Of a stretch of 54,194 bases of DNA, positions 49,548 through 54,194 are shown piece after piece. How positions within the stretch are numbered: position 1 is the stretch's first letter; each line of letters starts with the position of its first letter. The notes under the pieces were generated by a model, which saw only the letters and a program-made list of their open reading frames with translations, did not search any database and was not told the origin of the DNA. Where the stretch lies: NCBI GenBank assembly GCA_032718475.1, contig JAUCBJ010001195.1, forward strand, positions 1 through 54,194, in the 5' to 3' direction. The stretch comes from Nemertoderma westbladi. Taxonomy: Eukaryota > Animalia > Xenacoelomorpha. The position numbers and the translations under genes were made by a program.

Positions 49548-50906
49548 GGTTATATTGAAAAATATCGAGAAATGAAAAATATCGAGAGTGAAAATATCGC
49601 GAGTTAAAACGTTGAGAGTAAAAATATCGAGAGTAAAAATATCGAGAGTAAAATAACGAGAGTAAAAAATATCGAGAGTAAAAATATCGAGGGTAAAAAT
49701 ATCGATAGTAAAAATGTCGAGAGTAAAAACGTTGAGAGTAAAAATATTGAGAGTAAAAATATCGAGAGTAAAAATATCGAGAGTAAAAATATTGAGAGTA
49801 AAAATATCGAGAGTAAAATTAGCGGTAATTTTTGGAATGAAACACAAGCTACCAACGAAAACACTAGACGTACTATAAACTAAAATTGTTTTTGTAAAAA
49901 CACTTAAGCTACCTATGAAAATGCAGGAAACTATAGTACTATAGACACTAAAATAAACCATGTTTTTTATATCTATAATTGTTGAGTTTTTGTAAACAAA
50001 CTAGCCACCATAAAAATGTATTTTATTCCAAAATTGTAAGATTACTCAACGCCGTTAGTATTAACAGCGAGTTGTTATTTAGCACTTTACAATCTTTGAA
50101 TACATTACAGCATTGTATTGGCATGTACATTTAGTATTGTATTTGGTGTAATCCGTTAAATAATGTCCCCTTAGAGGACATTACTTATCGCCGTCATTGG
50201 TTACCACGTAAACAATTAATAGGTGGAAATTTGCCTGACAGCCAGATAGGCATACTGCCTTACCTAACGGTAGGCGGGGTATAGTTATTAATAACCAGTT
50301 GGGCCTAGCTATATTATTATAACATGGCTCCAAACGCCACCATAAAAATAAGCTAACTTATTTATAACATAATTTATGTCATTTTTACATTTATTTATAC
50401 AGCAACTAATATAATTTGTGCAGTTTCTATCACTTATAATGTATATGTACAATCATTTCGTAATGTTACAGTTTTGGAATAAAACTACATACATACTTGG
50501 TGCAAAGTACTTTACAGTGTCACTGATCCTCGTGGCTTTATTTTCACTCACTCACTAACGTTCGTTCGTGTAACAAAGCCACTCGGATCATCACACTGTA
50601 AAGTGCTACTTTACACGCACAAGTATGTAAATAGTTATTACTTGCGATATTTTTATTTGCAAAATTTTTACTAGTAATATTTTTACTCTTGATATTTTTA
50701 CTCTTGATAGTTTTAATCTCGATATTTTTACTCTCGATAGTTTTAATCTCGATATTTTTACTCTCAATATTTTTACTCTCGATATTTTTACTCTCAATAT
50801 TTTTACTCTCGATATTTTTACTCTCGATATTTTTACTCTCGATATTTTTACTCGCGATATTTTTACTCGTGATATTTTTCACGTCTCGATATTTTTCACC
50901 AATACC
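49548..50906. mobile_element. Non-autonomous foldback-type DNA transposon; long inverted arms of 15-bp tandem units (AAAATATCGAGAGTA); 8-bp TSD TGAATAAC
   Basis: Array 49558-49820 and its reverse complement 50640-50898; termini GGT...ACC; TSD 49540-49547 and 50907-50914. Confidence 0.88.
50490..50629. mobile_element. ~140-bp palindromic MITE-like element inside the foldback element
   Basis: TACATACTTG..CTTTACAGTGT..GTGGCTTT / AAAGCCAC..ACACTGTAAAG..CAAGTATGTA; same architecture as 40199-40339. Confidence 0.75.
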
Positions 50907-53109
50907 TGAATAACATCTGTAGCATGGAATCCTAATGGTTGATATATATTCAGGGTATTTCATACGTAAGGATCAATGAAGAACTATATAAAAAAAGAAG
51001 GGCAGCCAACTATTGTCAACTTCTTCAATGCTTTCGAATCCGCGTCAAAACCACGAATGTTTAATTATTGGAGAAAATCATTGATGAGATTACCCAAAGT
51101 GAATTGAGCTACTGAGATGTACAATAATATGTCAACAGGAACGCCAACATAGAAGCATGCATCTTATGTCATTTACTTTGCGGTACTGTTGGGTTGAATT
51201 ATTATTACTGACAATATTGAGAGAAAACTGACATCTGTCTGTAAACATCCATCCATAAACGGTCCATCTAACTCCCAGCCAATCGGAATTTATTCAGATA
51301 AATATTAAATATTTCAGAGGTTTGATTTCCCAATAGAAAACTTCGTCTGCGCAAGAAAAGTTCTTAATATTTAATAGATTTCTAAATTATAGCTTTAAAA
51401 TAACAAGAACTGTCAGTAGAACGTGGTTGTGTCCCAGTATAGGCCCATTCCACGCTGCGTTTTTTTATGGGGATTTCTGAGCTTTTTTGAGCCCTTTTTC
51501 AAACTTTTTTTGAGCTATTTTTCAAGCTTTTTTTAAGCTTTCTTTTAAAGATTATTTTGTTTTTTTCTATATAAGTGAATGTTCTATTAAAGTTAAATAA
51601 TCTAACTTATAATATTTGTTGTTTTGATGTGACATGGTTTACTAGTTTTACTTATACAACCCGAAGCTAAAATTTAACATTCCAGTCATACCACACTAAA
51701 TTATACGTATAATCATAATTAATTCAAAATTAAACCCAGTGTTTTTATTGGATGTTTTTCGTGCGTGATTTTGTGCTTCTCCAAGCTTTTATATTAGTTG
51801 TTTTAGGAGCTTTATTATATATTTTAGGATTAAACATTCTAAAATTAACAGATTCAATTCAACTGATTAAAAAATAATTGAAATTAATTTCCAGAAACTT
51901 TAAACTAAAACTAACTAAAAAAAACACAACAATTTTCGAAAGTCTGGGTAACATAAAAAATTTTCTAGAATTTAGCTGGAGTTTACAACTGATGAAGTAA
52001 TTGTATAAGTTAACCTCCTTCAAAAGATCTTCCACCAACAACAGTGATACACATTCAACGGCTCATGTAACGGATGAGTATTACTGTGACTAAATGAATA
52101 TTACTTGCATTATTTATATAGTGTCAGACACTTTTTACAATTAACTATAGTATTGAAGCTGCATTTATGGGATTGTGTTTGTGTGTGTCACCGTAACTTT
52201 TATTTCACTCACATTAGAACGTCACATTTAGGTTGTACTTATAGGAGGCCTGCCTGCATGCGCAAACATAAATCCATTCACATACTATTCAGCTCATATT
52301 GTCTTCTTTAGAAAAAAATATGAGGAGACATTTGGCAAACCATCAGTTAAAATATGACCAACAAATCACATCAATATTATAGGCTTCTGTCAATCTGATT
52401 CTAAACCTAATCAATCCAACGCCTTTTTAGAATGTTATCGCTTTTAACTAATTCTGATAAGAAGTCAAAGAAATTGGAATAGGAATTCGTAATCGGAAAC
52501 TAAATTTGATTACTTTTTACAAATACCTAACATTTTCCAGGGTTGAGAACTACACAATTATTTACGATTGCTCGCAACAGGATACGTTTGATGTTACTTT
52601 TACTGGGTTTTATCTGTTTAGAAAATTAAATTGGGTGGTTTTCTATCTAATTGAAGTTGGTAATTATCAATGTTGCTGTGGTGTGGAATGATTATCAAGC
52701 TTGTGTTTGTTGAGTTGAGACACCTTAAGTTGGATATCGGGGCAAATCACCTTCCATTATTTCGCTGGAATGACTCCATTGAATTATATATGGACTGCAT
52801 AGGTTCCCTACAGTACTGAAAGCATTACTAATTTTGGGCAGATGTGAGTAGCCCTACTACCACAAATTACTTGAGGTGTTCAACTGAATTAGCGTCCTCC
52901 GTATTGTGGTGGTTTTTGAGATAGTAGCTGATTGATTATTACACGTTAATCGTTATCTTTGACTAGTTCTTTCAGAACTACAGTGGAATGGAGTTGTCAA
53001 ACGAACGTCAGCTGTCAATGTCAGTGTTTGTGGGTAAACCAACTTGTGGTGGTTTAATTTTAATACCTGAATGTCAGAAATGTTTTATCTCATTTTTTCG
53101 TTTTTTTCG

Positions 53110-53611
53110 GCTGGAATCCAGTTCAAGAAGCGAACTGGACTAGAGCTATGAGCTATGGACTCATAGTGGACCCAGTGGTCACAAGTCCCAGATAGACCAT
53201 ATTCTCTATTCTATATTCTCTTGGAGCTATATACAAGACTGTGATCACCGCCTTATTGTGGCCAAGGTAAGACTTAGTCTGCGTGCTAGCAGAACAACGA
53301 AATCTGCCTTGCCGCGTCATGAATGGTCGGTCCTCTCTGTTGCAACAGCCAAGTGTGAGATCCAGCTTCACACTACAGCTGAGCAACAGGTATGAGGTTC
53401 TTGCCTCTGAAGCGGCAGATCACTGCGAGGGCTATACTGCCTTCACAGAAGCAGTTAAATTATCAGCTGCAGAAACAGTTCCTGTATACCCTCGAAACAG
53501 GAAAAGGGCCCCCTGGACTGACAACAAAATTCAGAAGTGCCGAAATGACCTCTATAAGGCGCAGAAAGAGTCCCGACTCAAACAGACTACAGCGGCCAAG
53601 AATGCAGTTAA
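53110..53611 (+). mobile_element. RTE-type LINE fragment (end of AP endonuclease plus linker), decayed
   Basis: FKKR, GPSGHKSQIDHIL, DHRLIVAKVRLSLRA, LSNRYEVL, RKRAPW motifs with frameshifts. Confidence 0.75.
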
Positions 53612-53730
53612 GGGTGTTCGGACACTTCCCCCCCGGACACTTCCCCCCCCGGACAGTTGCCCCCGCTCAAGTAGGACACTTCCCCCCCGGACACTTCCAC
53701 CCCAGACACTCCCCCCCCGGACACTTCCTA
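53612..53730. repeat. 15-17-bp tandem units (CGGACACTTCCCCCC); probable left arm of another foldback/MITE element
   Basis: Starts GGGTGTTCGGACAC and cuts off the RTE fragment; matching arm not in the window. Confidence 0.7.
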
Positions 53731-54194
53731 ATCTTTAAACAATTAATTAGATGACCTATAAATTCCATCCCCCGAATGATATACTGTTTTTATTAACTAT
53801 AGAATTATAATAATTAATTGTTTTAATTATAGGTATTATTATGTAATATTCTTCTTCAAATTGTAGCAGATGGGGATGAATATTATTGTTGCAATCAAAA
53901 TTATACCTCTCCAGGGTAAAATAGACATGCGTCGACCTGTATTCTGCGTTCAGCATTACATATTACTATACATACTATATAGATATTATACACACTACAT
54001 ATTAAATTTCCTCGTTACTTGCAATATTTTTAATAGGATTTTGTTGAATTATATAATATTGTAGTAATTTATATATTAATTTGGTTAACGTTCAATACAG
54101 CTCCTACTTTAGGCTTAGTCAAATTTATTATCTGATGATACAAACATGAATTAATTATTTCAAAATGTTTTAAGTCCTTCACCACGGGCACTCA

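Noticed and set aside
49521-50963. Repetitive ORFs (LDIFT, SKNIE, LLSIF)
   Set aside because: Translations of the 15-bp foldback arrays.

Overview
AT-rich animal (invertebrate-type) nuclear DNA, mostly transposable elements and tandem repeats; nothing prokaryotic or CRISPR-like. In order: a 12/13-bp minisatellite; a decayed carbohydrate-sulfotransferase pseudogene (-); a 16-bp satellite containing a full-length APE/RT LINE that is itself interrupted by a 5'-truncated RTE, with most of that composite duplicated in tandem (8928-14487 = 14923-20550); a 4-exon secreted-type ferritin gene (22047-25856) whose intron-1 acceptor plus the start of exon 2 is amplified to 11 tandem copies; a three-level nest (RTE LINE < BEL/Pao LTR element < intact Mag-like Ty3/gypsy element) with all TSDs readable; an orphan Cys/His/Pro/Lys-rich ORF; an intronless nitrobindin (THAP4-type) gene; older LINE relics; and several foldback/MITE-type elements. 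All calls come from reading the sequence and recalled family motifs. No alignment or database search was run, so identities and clades need checking. The most unusual item is the repeat architecture around ferritin exon 2.
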